Assembly (NCBI RefSeq): GCF_003918875.1 | Contig: NW_025766043.1 | Span: 1 to 64,000 of the forward strand | Direction of reading: 5' to 3' | DNA length: 64,000 nt | Origin: Haliotis rubra | Taxonomy: Eukaryota | In this document: positions 12,415-23,719 of the stretch, piece by piece | Layout: each line of letters begins with the position of its first letter | Numbering within the stretch: position 1 is the first letter of the stretch | Notes under the pieces: generated by a model | Seen by the model: only the letters and a program-made list of their open reading frames with translations | The model's database searches: none | Told to the model about the DNA's origin: nothing | Translations under genes and position numbers: made by a program

Positions 12415-14055
12415 ATGGGCACTCCCACCGACCAGGACAGTCATGTACAAGCAGTCCTACGCTCTATCCTCAACCATGAAGACAGCACAAATCTCCGAAA
12501 CTTAATAGACAAGTGTTCCCCGGGAGCTCTGCAATCATGGCGTGATAGTAGTGACCTTGACCTTCTTCACCATGCAATACTGACCAACAACGTAGTGGCA
12601 GTCGGTACATTGTTCTCCAGAGGTCTGTTCAAGACGCCACACGAACCTGGCCGTCACCCCTACCTCCACCTTGCGTGCCATCTTGGATACAAGTCGCTCC
12701 TCATCATGCTGCTTCAGGAGAGAGCAGACGACAACAAACCAGCGCTGTTTCACTTTCCAGGAGACAAAAGTCATAGTGTAAACAGTGTAGACGTAGATAA
12801 TGAACAGAAGAAATGTACGCCCCTGGACGTGGCGTCAGAGGCTGGTCACCTCATGTGTGTGAAAGCAATTTTGGATTTCTGTCAGACAGGAAGCAAACCA
12901 ACCAGCAAACACAAATCCGAGAGCTATACAGATCTTGCGTGTAAACTGGACTCTCCCAGTGCCCTTCGCTTACTGCTGTGTGAGAATCCCTCTCAAGCTG
13001 ATCTACAAAAAGCAGTTGCTCTTGCGCTCAAGATGGCCCGGCCAGAGTGTCTAGACGCACTGCTTCGTTATGACATTGATCAAAAGGTTGTGTTTGGCGG
13101 GATGAATTTCTTCCATGTACTGTTCAAGTATAGCTATTCCTTTGACAAATCATGGTACGAGTCTCTCGTGACAGTGACGTCAGTGTTGTTGCGCCATGGG
13201 CAGTCGGTTCACGCGTTTCATCCGTCCAGGACGTTTCCTCTCTACAGCCTACTGAGTCACACCCACTTCCACGATCTCGAGCGATCAGCACCATATCGAA
13301 TAGCTTGTCTGCTGCTTCTGTTAAATTCCGGAGCGGATCCCAATTTTGATGAAATAAAAATAGAGGAGCTTGTGAATGAAAATGAATATGAAACTGCTTT
13401 CGGAAGAAAAGCCTACCCATCTGCACTTCACAGTCTTTTTGATACTCTGTCCACATATGTAGCCGATGACTGTGAACTGGACACCATCTATAAGTTTATG
13501 TACAAAAGTACAGAGATCCTCTTGAATCACGGAGCAGACGTCAACTACATTGGGGACACTGGACAGAACCGGTACGGGACCAGTCTCCACGCTCTAGCAG
13601 ACACAAGCAGACATCTTGGTTTCCACAAGCAGACGTTGCTTCTGCTTCTGCGTCATGGCGCGGATCCGAACATACACACGGATTGCTTGCCGTTGAACTA
13701 CTTCTGTGAAGTTTTCTATGGCGACGTTACGACCTCGACCAAAGACACAACCTTCCAGAAACTAGCAGACAGCACACGACTGGGACCTTTATTGAAAGGG
13801 ATGACGCTGAAATCTCTACAGGAATCTGAACAATATATCAGACAGCTGAAAGATGACGTGGAGAAGAATTCACGTGGGAGTGCCTGTTTGGGCGTGGTAT
13901 TGGAGGAGATAGAGACCTATACTACACATGTATGGAGCTTGAAAAGATCCTGTATGCAAGTAATATGGGCTCAAACTGGCAGAAAGTTCTTAAACGTTGG
14001 TTATCTCCCCTTACCGTTAGCTTTGAAGACTGAAATACTCGCGGAGGTGATGTAA
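12415..14055 (+). CDS. Ankyrin repeat and SOCS box-containing protein (ASB-like), 546 aa
   Basis: Uninterrupted ORF with ankyrin motifs (LLHHAI, YLHLACHLG, TPLDVASEAGH, LLNSGADPN, LLNHGADVN, LLRHGADPN) and C-terminal SOCS box SLKRSCMQVI...LPLPLALKTEI. Splice acceptor ttctttcag at 12411-12412 just before the ATG. Confidence 0.9.
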   Translation: MGTPTDQDSHVQAVLRSILNHEDSTNLRNLIDKCSPGALQSWRDSSDLDLLHHAILTNNVVAVGTLFSRGLFKTPHEPGRHPYLHLACHLGYKSLLIMLLQERADDNKPALFHFPGDKSHSVNSVDVDNEQKKCTPLDVASEAGHLMCVKAILDFCQTGSKPTSKHKSESYTDLACKLDSPSALRLLLCENPSQADLQKAVALALKMARPECLDALLRYDIDQKVVFGGMNFFHVLFKYSYSFDKSWYESLVTVTSVLLRHGQSVHAFHPSRTFPLYSLLSHTHFHDLERSAPYRIACLLLLLNSGADPNFDEIKIEELVNENEYETAFGRKAYPSALHSLFDTLSTYVADDCELDTIYKFMYKSTEILLNHGADVNYIGDTGQNRYGTSLHALADTSRHLGFHKQTLLLLLRHGADPNIHTDCLPLNYFCEVFYGDVTTSTKDTTFQKLADSTRLGPLLKGMTLKSLQESEQYIRQLKDDVEKNSRGSACLGVVLEEIETYTTHVWSLKRSCMQVIWAQTGRKFLNVGYLPLPLALKTEILAEVM

Positions 14056-14344
14056 ATATATACAAGTATATATCAGTTTTCAAGTAATATCACAAATTTA
14101 AAAAGTTCAGTTTACAAGAGATGTCATGGAATTTGGTTGCATTATATTTAGTCACAGTCCTGGTTTCCTGGTTTCACGCTTAACACGACAAAGTCGTTGT
14201 TAGCAGACTGTGTGCGTGTGTTCTCGGGACCAGACGTGCCTATTGTTTGTCATATGTGTTCTATTGTCATGTATTGGATGGTCATGACTTGTTACAGAGC
14301 AACAATTTTACCATTCTCCGCTATACTCCGATCACATTTTATGC

Positions 14345-14512
14345 GGGGCGGAGGGGTAGCCTAGTTGTTAAAGAGTTCGCTCGTCACGCTCAACACCTGG
14401 GTTCGATTCCCCACATGGGTACAATGTGTGAAGCCCATTTCTGTAGTCCCCCGCCATGATATTGCTGGAATATTGCTAGAAGCGGCGTAAAACCATACTC
14501 ACACACTCACTC
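14345..14512 (+). mobile_element. tRNA-derived SINE family A
   Basis: Same head, body and tail as 11317-11478. Confidence 0.9.
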
Positions 14513-14820
14513 ATTATTATGCAAGCTATAAAACATGTTTTTTCGGAGCACTAAGCACGAATATCTTGGTTTTGGGCACAAGGGAAAATCCTGTAAGATA
14601 TCATCGAATTCATTATATGAAATCACTCACCATGACATACCCTATTTTTCCAAAGATAAATTGTAAGATACAACGTCTAACTGAATACATTAAACACAAT
14701 GATCGTTTGCTACTTGTTTCTGTTATTACGTAAAACCTACTGTATCAAAGGCTGGTCTGAGGTTAACGCCGCACTCTGCTCTATGACGGCTGTTGATCGA
14801 ATCTACAACCGACAAGTTTG

Positions 14821-15182
14821 TAGGGGTGTAACGATGCATCGAACTATCGTTGGATTGCAATTGTTGAGTCTCCGATAGCAATTAATCGATGGTAGAAACG
14901 AAAATTGAAAATGAAATTGACTTCCGTTGATAAATGCGCCGCGCAAAATACAGGAAGTACCAGATTCGTTCTCTTTGATTTATCAAAAGAGACTGCGACT
15001 ACTTCAGCTTGTTAGTATGTCATATAAACTATATATACATTCATTCGGGAAATGACTTCAAATGAGACAATTCAAGGAGAGAAAAAACTATGGCAATAGT
15101 ATTGCAATAGTTGGTCGCAATAGTAACCTGCAATAGGCTATCGCTATCGCAATAGTTGTTTCTCCCTCAATAGTCACCCCTA
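14821..15182. mobile_element. Probable hAT-like MITE
   Basis: Termini taggggtg...caccccta; subterminal gcaatag repeats; TSD degenerate. Confidence 0.5.
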
Positions 15183-15247
15183 CAATCTAGTTCTCGACAT
15201 CATGAAGAATCAGTCAAGTGTTCGAGCATGAACATCCGAAGAGAAAC

Positions 15248-15416
15248 TGACTGACTGACTGAGTATAGTTTTACGCCGCTTTTAGCAATATTCCAGCAAT
15301 ATCACGGCGGGGGACACCAGAAATGGGCTTAACACATTGTGCCTATGTGGGGAATCGAACCAGGGTCTTCGGCGTGACGAGCCAACGCTTTAACCACTAG
15401 GCTACCCCACCGCCCC
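15248..15416 (-). mobile_element. tRNA-derived SINE family A
   Basis: Full length; TSD ccgaagagaaac / ccgaatagaaac. Confidence 0.9.
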
Positions 15417-15501
15417 CCGAATAGAAACAAACATCTACGGATGATAACATGGTGTACAGAAACAAAACCCGTTGTTGGCATCGTGACGTATAGTAACAAA
15501 C

Positions 15502-15617
15502 ACCTGCTGATAAGTACTGCATAATGTGGCGTTACATGTTATATAGATGCCACAACCTGCTGATAAGTATTGCATAATGTGGCGTTACATGTTATATAGA
15601 TGCCACAACCTGCTGAT
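15502..15617. repeat. ~54-bp tandem duplication
   Basis: acctgctgataagta(c/t)tgcataatgtggcgttacatgttatatagatgccaca twice. Confidence 0.85.
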
Positions 15618-15804
15618 GGCAACACGACACATAGACACATGTAGATGTTCAAGTTCATGAATATTACGTGACGTACAGGATCAAAAGCCAGTCACTTGGT
15701 GCTGACGTTACATGACGTATTGGAGCAAGCACCTGCTGATGCATACGTTACATGACGTATGCCAACAACTACTCGCGAGAAATGGCTTACAGTACATGTA
15801 TATA

Positions 15805-17316
15805 CACGGGGAAAAGTATCGCAACACCTGTGATTTTAACCCCCATATAGCCATGTATATTCAAATCATACATATATTGTTGTTTGTGTGTTTCCTTTGG
15901 CCAGCCTGGGACACCAATCTCAGATATCCACGTGCTACGATAAATGCGAGCATCACGAATACGTGTACCAGTTATCAAGTTTCAGTAAACCGTTCTTACT
16001 GATCGATAATATAGAAAATCAATTGATTCTGTTGCTGATAAGTAAACATGGGGCCTCATCAAATAGCCACTATTCCAATATGGCAGATTATTGGTATGCG
16101 GAATGCTGGCATGTCACTGAGGGCTATTGCAAGACCTGTTGGTTGTCTGCCGATTGGCCAGAAAACATCAGCAAACGTTCAGGTCAACCACGAGTGACAC
16201 CACTTCGGGAGGTTACAGCCCTTCTCACAATCACAAGTTTTCATCCGTTCATGTCAAGTGGGGTGTTAAACAGAGTGGCTTCAACATCGTCGTTTGTCCA
16301 ACAAAACGGTCCCAAATCGCCTAAACTCGGCAGGGAATTGAACCAGACGACCTGTTATCATCTGAGCACAAACCAGCACGACAAGCTTGATGTCAAGGTC
16401 GACGTCACCGCAATTTGACGTCATCTGGAACGCCACTGGTCGGACGGAAGTCTATATCATTTGGTCATGACTATAGGGGACGCGGTAACAATATATATAC
16501 ACGGAATATCTCGGAACAAGTGCCGTTTGGCGGGGGGTTATTGACGACGTGGGATGACGTGACTGTATACCTGATCTAGTAACGATCAGATAAAATGTGA
16601 ATGTGACATATATGACAGAGTTGTTATACCACATTCCGATGACCATCCTCTGAACACAATACTATGGTCTCCGTGGACAACGATGCCAGGCCACATCGTG
16701 TATGTGCTGTTAGTGAGTTAGTTCCTATATCTAGAAGCGGTAGCATCTCTACCTTGGCTCACCGGGAGTCCAGATCTCAATCTCATAGAGCAGATTTGGG
16801 ACTTTAGGGTTCGCAGAATATGCCACAGATCCTCCAATATTAGATAGTAATGCATTACAACAAGCCCTCCGTCAAGAATGGAACTCAATACCCCAACGTT
16901 AAATTCAATGTCTGATACAGTCAGGGTCAGGGATGTTATTGCAGTTGGCGGAGGTAACACCAGATATTGATATTGTGTTCGGTTCCTGATACATGTGATT
17001 TCCTGAGGAATGTATGTCAGAATCTTGAAAATACCAACACTTGTTAACGTCATACGCCCTTGGGTAGCAGCACTACAAAATGTGTCAATTTTGCAATGTT
17101 TGCTCCTCTGAAGCAGCAACTAGATGTATTTGTCTTCCTCCTTGCGTTTAGCTTTGCCATTTATTCAATTGGGTTTAATTTTTTCTCTTCTTTTTTTGGA
17201 GTGTCAGTGTATCCAGATACTAGGTTAAATTGAGGTTTCTATGGTTTTTCTATGGTTAATGGTAACATATTGATATTATGGAAAATATGGGGTGTTGCGA
17301 TACTTTTTTCCATTTG
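15805..17316 (+). mobile_element. Degenerate Tc1-family DNA transposon
   Basis: TIRs cacggggaaaagtatcgcaacacc and ggtgttgcgatacttttttccatttg flanked by TA. Broken transposase: QIIGMRNAGMSLRAIARPVGC (HTH), RSGQPRVT, DNDARPH, PWLTGSPDLNLIEQIWD, LQQALRQEWNSIP, VIAVGGGNTRY*. Confidence 0.85.
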
Positions 17317-17954
17317 TATACATGCTCTGTCTTCAGCCAAATTGTTGACACTGCTGGCACTGCGCGTTACATGCTCCAGTGCCTGTATATATAATCCCAG
17401 TACATGCGAAGACAAATATGAAGAACTGAGATCAAACAGCTAGCGTGTTATCACGTAGCTCTCGGTGTTGACGTGATGCTGACGTAAGCCGTTGTTGATT
17501 CGCAGCTAATGACGTCACGCCACAGATTAACGCTGAGCGGTAAGTGAGCGATAATCACCTTCTCCATCACGGCCCCGCAAGCAATCATGGCCACCCAGTA
17601 ATAAACCTTTTTGTTGACGTGTAGCCTCATAGGTACCATATGGTCGGCCTCGTGAACTGCCGCGGGATAAACCAGTACAACTGAGGGACACAGTCACCTT
17701 GTTGATTACTCCCTGTGCTCTATACGGTTTTTTTTGTGGTTGCCATTATCACGATACAGAAACACGGAAATACGAGGTCCTCTGATCTTTTGTTGTTACG
17801 TTGTCACATTTCTCAAAGAAAATCAGGATATCCTTAGGCAAAAATATCCTTGATTAAATCAAGTAAATGGCTAACTCGTGTTTACAAGACCTTTTTTCTA
17901 GAATGGACATCTTTTCTTAATGACTCTCAAATGAATAATTTTACATTTAAAGGT

Positions 17955-18115
17955 TGAGAGAGTGAGTTGAGTTTTGAGCCGCTTTTCGCAATATTCCAAC
18001 AATATCAAGGCGGGGGACACCAGAAATGGGTTTCACATATTGTACCCATGTAAGGAATCGAACCCGGGTTTTCGGCGTGACGAGCGGACGCTTTAACCAC
18101 CAGACTACCCCATCG
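17955..18115 (-). mobile_element. tRNA-derived SINE family A, diverged
   Basis: Matches the family A consensus on the minus strand. Confidence 0.85.
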
Positions 18116-18257
18116 ATCCTCCGGACACAAGGGGACTCGAATCGGTCAACGTCGGACATTACTACACGTGACCGAATTGTATATTATGTAAAATAAATAT
18201 TAAAAACTTTAAACTGAATTTGTATAATCCATGAAAGGTTTGGTTACCAAATTTATT

Positions 18258-18312
18258 CAGTCTAAGTAAACTAAGGCTCAGTATTATTCGTTACACTGCT
18301 ATCAGTATAGCG
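18258..18312. mobile_element. Partial copy of the 92-bp palindromic MITE
   Basis: cagtctaagtaaactaaggctcagtattattcgttacac matches the left arm of 29257-29348. Confidence 0.7.
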
Positions 18313-19012
18313 AAAATGTTATAATAAATTTGGTTCAAAAAGAAAATGAAATAAAAAAGAAATAAAACCCTTTGACCAAAAAATGATATATAAAGACAAG
18401 AAAAGCTTTATCTCCTTGATCAAAACTCTATATTTCATGTGATCTGGTCGGCATATTCTGAAATTGAAAGAATACTTGTTTGGATAAACGAGTGAGATCA
18501 ACACGCGACGGAGCATGGTGCACGTGCGTCATGATTATCAACACATTTCTCGTTTAACACGCAATGGCGAAATCACACAGTATAAATAAAGACTGCAAAG
18601 ATTGTTGGAATATTTTCAAATATCTTGCACATCAAAACGTTTCGTCAAAGTCTGAAGGTAGGGATGTATTTTATTTTCACGGAAGGAGGGGTGTGTTCAA
18701 ACGTAAAGAACACATGATAGACTGTCGGCGCGAGTGCTCTGCTGTACATGCACTGAGGTTGCTGCATGCCTGAATTTATGGCGACTGACGTCACACTATA
18801 ATATATTAAATATATATATATTGTGTCATGTCTGTATATGTATATTGTTTTCTTTTTTATGCAATTGTAATCGAAAGAACTGTTCTCAAATTGTATAATG
18901 TGTTTCAATCATCCACTACAACAATCTGGTTGGTCCACGTTATATGTACATACTTTGGTTCAAGGAAGACTGGGTTAAATATGAATTTGCAACCACATGA
19001 CTACTACAGTGT

Positions 19013-19365
19013 GGACCGCCTCCGTGGTGTAGTGGTTAGAGCGTCCGCCCGGAGAGCGGAAGGTCGCGGGTTCGATCCCCGACCGCGTCATACCAAAAAG
19101 ACGTTAAAATATGGTACTTGTTGGTCCCTGCCTGGCGCTCGGCATTAATGGGTACAACAAGGACTGGTCCGCTCGGAGTCAGTATAATGTGTCTGAGTGG
19201 GGTATTCATGCTTCACTGCGGCATGGTATCTCAGTGAACTAGCACTATAAAACCAGCTTAAGTCTGGGCTAGTACAAGCAGCCGCACATACACATACACA
19301 CGCATGCACGTCGTCATATGAGCGAAATATTCTCAAGTACGACGTTAAACCCAATTTCACCTCAC
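19013..19365 (+). mobile_element. tRNA-derived SINE family C (central domain resembles Meta/MESC-type mollusc SINEs)
   Basis: Box A gtgtagtggttag, box B ggttcgatcccc; central tcataccaaaaagacgttaaaatatggtacttg...cagtgaactagcactataaaa. TSD ctactacagtgt / ctactacaatgt. Family name is from recall only. Confidence 0.85.
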
Positions 19366-19487
19366 CTACTACAATGTTTGAAATGTCGAACGTTTATGTT
19401 ACTATCTGAGAATTCTGTTATGGTGTTGACACATACCAGTTGTTGTTTATAACTGTACGAACAATTGTAAATCTCCAGAAATTGTCA

Positions 19488-19787
19488 GGGACCGTTCAGA
19501 ATTTATGGATGTTGGGTGTGATGATGATTTTTAAAGGGGGTGGGGTGGGGGTGTCTCCCATTTTTGTGCCGGGGAGGTGGGGTGGGAGTTCAGCAATTTT
19601 GTACATAGAGCAATTTCAAAATTATGCTTTAAAATTATGGGGGATGGGGGGGTAATTGACTTTGTACATGGTATTGAGGGGGGTCACTTACTTTCTACAT
19701 AAATCTTAGGGGTGTCATTCACATTGTACATGCCTTTCCATGAACATCATCATCTCCACCAGCCCACCATAAATTATGAACAGTCCC
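19488..19787. mobile_element. PIF/Harbinger-like MITE
   Basis: ~21-bp TIR gggaccgttcagaatttatgg / ccataaattatgaacagtccc with tca and taa flanks. Confidence 0.7.
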
Positions 19788-21049
19788 TAAATAATAGAGT
19801 CTGGATCAGACAATGCAGTGATCACTAGAGAGAGATACCTGATCCAGATGAGAAGTCTCCTTCTTGCGGCCGTATGTTCATTTCATTTGTATATCTTTGT
19901 GTAGAGGTGTGACCTTTCCTTTCCTATTCCCCTTCAATAAATTACCTCTTTAATAAATTACCGTCCCTAAACCTGATATTGTGGTGATGATTTAGATCGA
20001 GTGACCTAGATATAGTGCATAATGTACGCATTTCTATATTCATCCACCCAGTTATGCATATCGATGCCATGAACAAGTTAATTTTGATAAATTAAAGAAA
20101 AAGTTTCACCAAATACACATGAACTAAAGCCATATTACCCGAAACACATGTTTATGTGTATTTATAAACTGAGCTTAAAAGAGAAGTTTGATTGGAGTTA
20201 CCTCCCCTGTGTGATTTCACAATCGCAGGCAAGTCGGCGATTTCTCAGTAAGGCTCAATCAAGCGTTTCCACTCAGGGTGTTGTTGGCTCGTTGTGCAAG
20301 GCCACCTGTATATATACAGCTAAGGTCCCACGTCACCATTACAGGATCTGGGGGGCAGGATGTGAGACAACACAAGCGGCCGCTGACAGTATTCAAGAAA
20401 ACCATCTTACTTTCACTTTCACTGAGAGTGACTGGATGTTTTAATTTAAACATATCTTCAATATATCGTTGGTACGTATCTTTGCATTTCCGACTTGCAA
20501 TTATTCTCGATTGAAGAATATTGTACCGTTTTTGCATCTATTTTCTATACATTTATATGTTTTATAGGGACAGTAAGACCCAGCTAAACCAACTGTTAAA
20601 CAAATTCAAATTCAGTGGCAGCTAGTGCACCTCATTTCTTTTGTTCTATTAACTTAATTTCGTAATTCCATTTATCACGTATTACATTTACGAGTCGCAG
20701 TCAATAATGCAGTTTTATGACTGTTTGAAAACAAAAGTTGGTGAATTTATAGAATTGAATGAGTTCACGTGAAATGTATCTGATTTAAAGTTTTTGGTCA
20801 GGACGTAAATCAGAAAATTTTCCCCGTCTTGTTTACCTCATGACGAGACTCAGTTCGCCATGTCACTGATGTCAAACGTCCATGTAGCCACCAATGACGT
20901 GAAACTTTCCCCTGAATAATTTTACATAATATTTAGTGGAAACAAGTCAAGATTGTTTAATCGTTGAATGCACGCGTTTGCATCTGTGTGATCATGTCTT
21001 GAAATGATAACATATTTTTTCCTTCCAGAAACCGTCCACTCATCTCAAC

Positions 21050-21439
21050 ATGTCGGACTCTATTTCCTTGACATCCATATCTGTTGGAGAAGCCCTCCGC
21101 ATGTGCAAGGCAACTACTGACATTGACGTTATTATAGAGTTGTCTAAGCATGACAACCCTCAAGTCCGCCAGAGGGCGCTGAAAGAGATGTGTCCTTGCC
21201 GCGTTAAGAAGGACCTTGACGACTTCTGGCGACGGGTGGTGCAGATGATTGACGACGAGGCAGACAATGTCCGCATGCAGGTTCTGCACACTCTCTGCGA
21301 CGGCTCCCCACAGCACATGGAGTTCGCCGTGGCGGAAGCTCTGGAGGTGTTCAACCATGACACCAACAAGGAAATCAGGAGAAAGGCCCACAAAGCCCTC
21401 ACGTCGTACAGAATGAGAGGCAAGTGGAACATCATGTAA
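21050..21439 (+). CDS. Small HEAT/ARM-repeat protein, 129 aa, uncharacterised
   Basis: GC-rich clean ORF preceded by acceptor ttttttccttccag (~21028). Three HEAT-like units (HDNPQVRQRALKEM, DEADNVRMQVLHTL, HDTNKEIRRKAHKAL); CPCRVK and LCDGSP motifs. Confidence 0.85.
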   Translation: MSDSISLTSISVGEALRMCKATTDIDVIIELSKHDNPQVRQRALKEMCPCRVKKDLDDFWRRVVQMIDDEADNVRMQVLHTLCDGSPQHMEFAVAEALEVFNHDTNKEIRRKAHKALTSYRMRGKWNIM

Positions 21440-22143
21440 TGGGGAGGTGCGGAAAGGAGCGGGGAACAACAATGAAGGATTTCTCTTATAGACAGCAGCC
21501 ATCCTGCATGGCCTGTTGGCCCGTAACTAGGACAAAAGACGTGATGAGTTGGAACAAGTTTGAGAATCAACAGAGGAAGAACATCGTTATGTAGGCCTGC
21601 AGTCTAACAGCGTTGTGTCGAACTTCGGGTTATCTCGAAGAAGAAAGGCTTGGTCCATGCGTATTCTTTATTAAGTCATAATTTTGCGGATGAGCTCAAC
21701 CTTGGATAACTCGAAGTATTTACGGAGAACCTTATAACATCGACACAAATGTGTTTTACTGTAAGTTATAACTGGTGCCCTACATGTTGAAACTTGCTCC
21801 ATCCGAGCTTTTAGTCGTAGTTCTTGTTGATGCTATAAACCGCCGAAGTTGGACCATGACATAAATCCATCCACAGACGTTTTAGAACAAATGTTACGGA
21901 AATCTTAAGTCTAATTTGGCTTGTGGTAGCACTACCGTGAGTGCCAGCCACGCTCCATTTGTCGAACAGATTATGCTGTCAAATATGCTCAAGACTGCAT
22001 TACCATTTACCATATGTGATATAGACTCATGACTTTATAAATATACTGATGATGTTGTTATTTTTATAATATAAACATGCATTTGTCTAATACAAGATTT
22101 GTTATTTGTTCAATGCGCCCATTGCTTGTTATGACAGAAGATA

Positions 22144-22345
22144 CCCGTGAAGGTCTTCAGATACCCATGCATGCCGTAAGATGCGACAAACGGGATAGGG
22201 TGATCACACTCGCTGACTTGGTTGTCACATGTCATCGTATATATCTTAATTGCGTAGCTTGATACCTATGATGTTGATCCGCGTGAATGATGTTGCTGGA
22301 ATATTTCTAAAAGCGGCGTAAAACCAAACTCAGTCAGTCAGTCAG
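22144..22345 (+). mobile_element. SINE family B, diverged/chimeric
   Basis: cccgtgaagg...cccatgc...gtaagatgcgac...ctcgctgacttggttg...gctggaatatt...ggcgtaaaacc. Confidence 0.7.
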
Positions 22346-22383
22346 TCCTAATTGCGTAGCTTGATACTTATGATGTTGATCAC

Positions 22384-22590
22384 TCGTGAAGGTCCAGGTT
22401 AGAATGAACCTTCACTAACCCATGCTTGTCGTAAGAGGCGACTAACAGGATCGGGTAGTCAGGCCCGCTGGCTTGGTTGACACATATCATCGGTTCCCAA
22501 TTGCGCAGGTCGATGCTCATGCTGTTGATCACTGGATTGTCTGGTCCAGACTCGATTATTTACAGACCGCCGCCATATACCTGGACTATT
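22384..22590 (+). mobile_element. SINE family B (V-domain-like)
   Basis: cccatgcttgtcgtaagaggcgactaa core; matches 39968-40203. Confidence 0.85.
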
Positions 22591-22799
22591 TCCTATGGCT
22601 GGCCTGACGACTACATTGTTGGACACGCCAGTAACGTATGATCGTGGGTTGAATCTCGGGGTGTGCCGCTTACATTTCTTATTATCTCAGCATCATACGT
22701 ATTTTTGTGGATATCACCAAGGTGGTGCACGTCTGTCACCTCAACCTTTCCTACCACAGTAAGATGAAGTTCACCAATAAAACTGGAATACTGTTCAGA

Positions 22800-22950
22800 G
22801 GGCGGTGGGGTAGCCTAATGGTTAGAGCGTTTGCTCGTCACGCCGAAGACCCAGGTTCGATTCCCCACATAGATACAATATGTGAAGCCCATTTCCGGTG
22901 TCCTCCGCCGTGGAATATTGCTAAAGGCGACGTACTCACTCTCACACTCA
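22800..22950 (+). mobile_element. tRNA-derived SINE family A
   Basis: Family A head and body. Followed by the same 3' flank as the 14345 copy. Confidence 0.85.
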
Positions 22951-23719
22951 TTAATATGCAAGCTGTAAAACATGTTTCTGAGAGCACTAAGCACTAATAC
23001 CGTACTTTTGGGCACATGGAATAATTCTTGAAGATATCATCGAATTCATTATATGAAATCACTCATCATGACATGCCCTATTTAGTCTTGAAGATGAAAC
23101 CAAGCACTTGTCCTATGTACACTTGCTAAATATTGTATTGCTTTTAGAAATAACTAGCGACCGACTTGCGGTGAGAAAATGCCTCGATTGTCACGTATGA
23201 AAATCAGGATGTTGAAATGTTGTCTATCCGAGGGATAACGCCATCATATCTATGTGTTCATAATTCGTGACAAAGGGCAGTATGTCCGTCTTCCGTCGTG
23301 TTACAGAGTGCTTGTGAGTAACCATACAGGAGAAGCCCCTATTATGTCCACGTAACGGCCAACAAAGGATATGACGATGCATTCTCTATGTAGTCATGAC
23401 GTCATAGCCCGATACAACGCGGATTTTGAGTCAGGGACAGCAAACGTGTGTGTACCACAATAGAACTGAAATAATATAAATCAAGTGTATAAAATAACAT
23501 TTATTTATCACAACGTTGGTTGTGGATTTTTTGTCGCCAAAACTACCAAACTACTAACGATGTATATAGTTAGTGGTCGGTGTGAAATTGTAACAGATTT
23601 TATCTCCGGGTATGTGATGAATATAGAGTTATCATATCTGTTCCAAACAAAATCTACTGTGCCAAGTAGGTCAAGGCACAACCCAATTGTGTCAGGGATA
23701 TGAAATATACAGACCAATC

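Noticed and set aside
19013-19090. tRNA genes (also the heads of family A copies and 33910-33975)
   Set aside because: A/B boxes run into SINE bodies with tails and TSDs; no proper acceptor stem or terminator.
20957-21570. Minus-strand ORFs of 181 and 136 aa
   Set aside because: Antisense shadows of the GC-rich HEAT exon.
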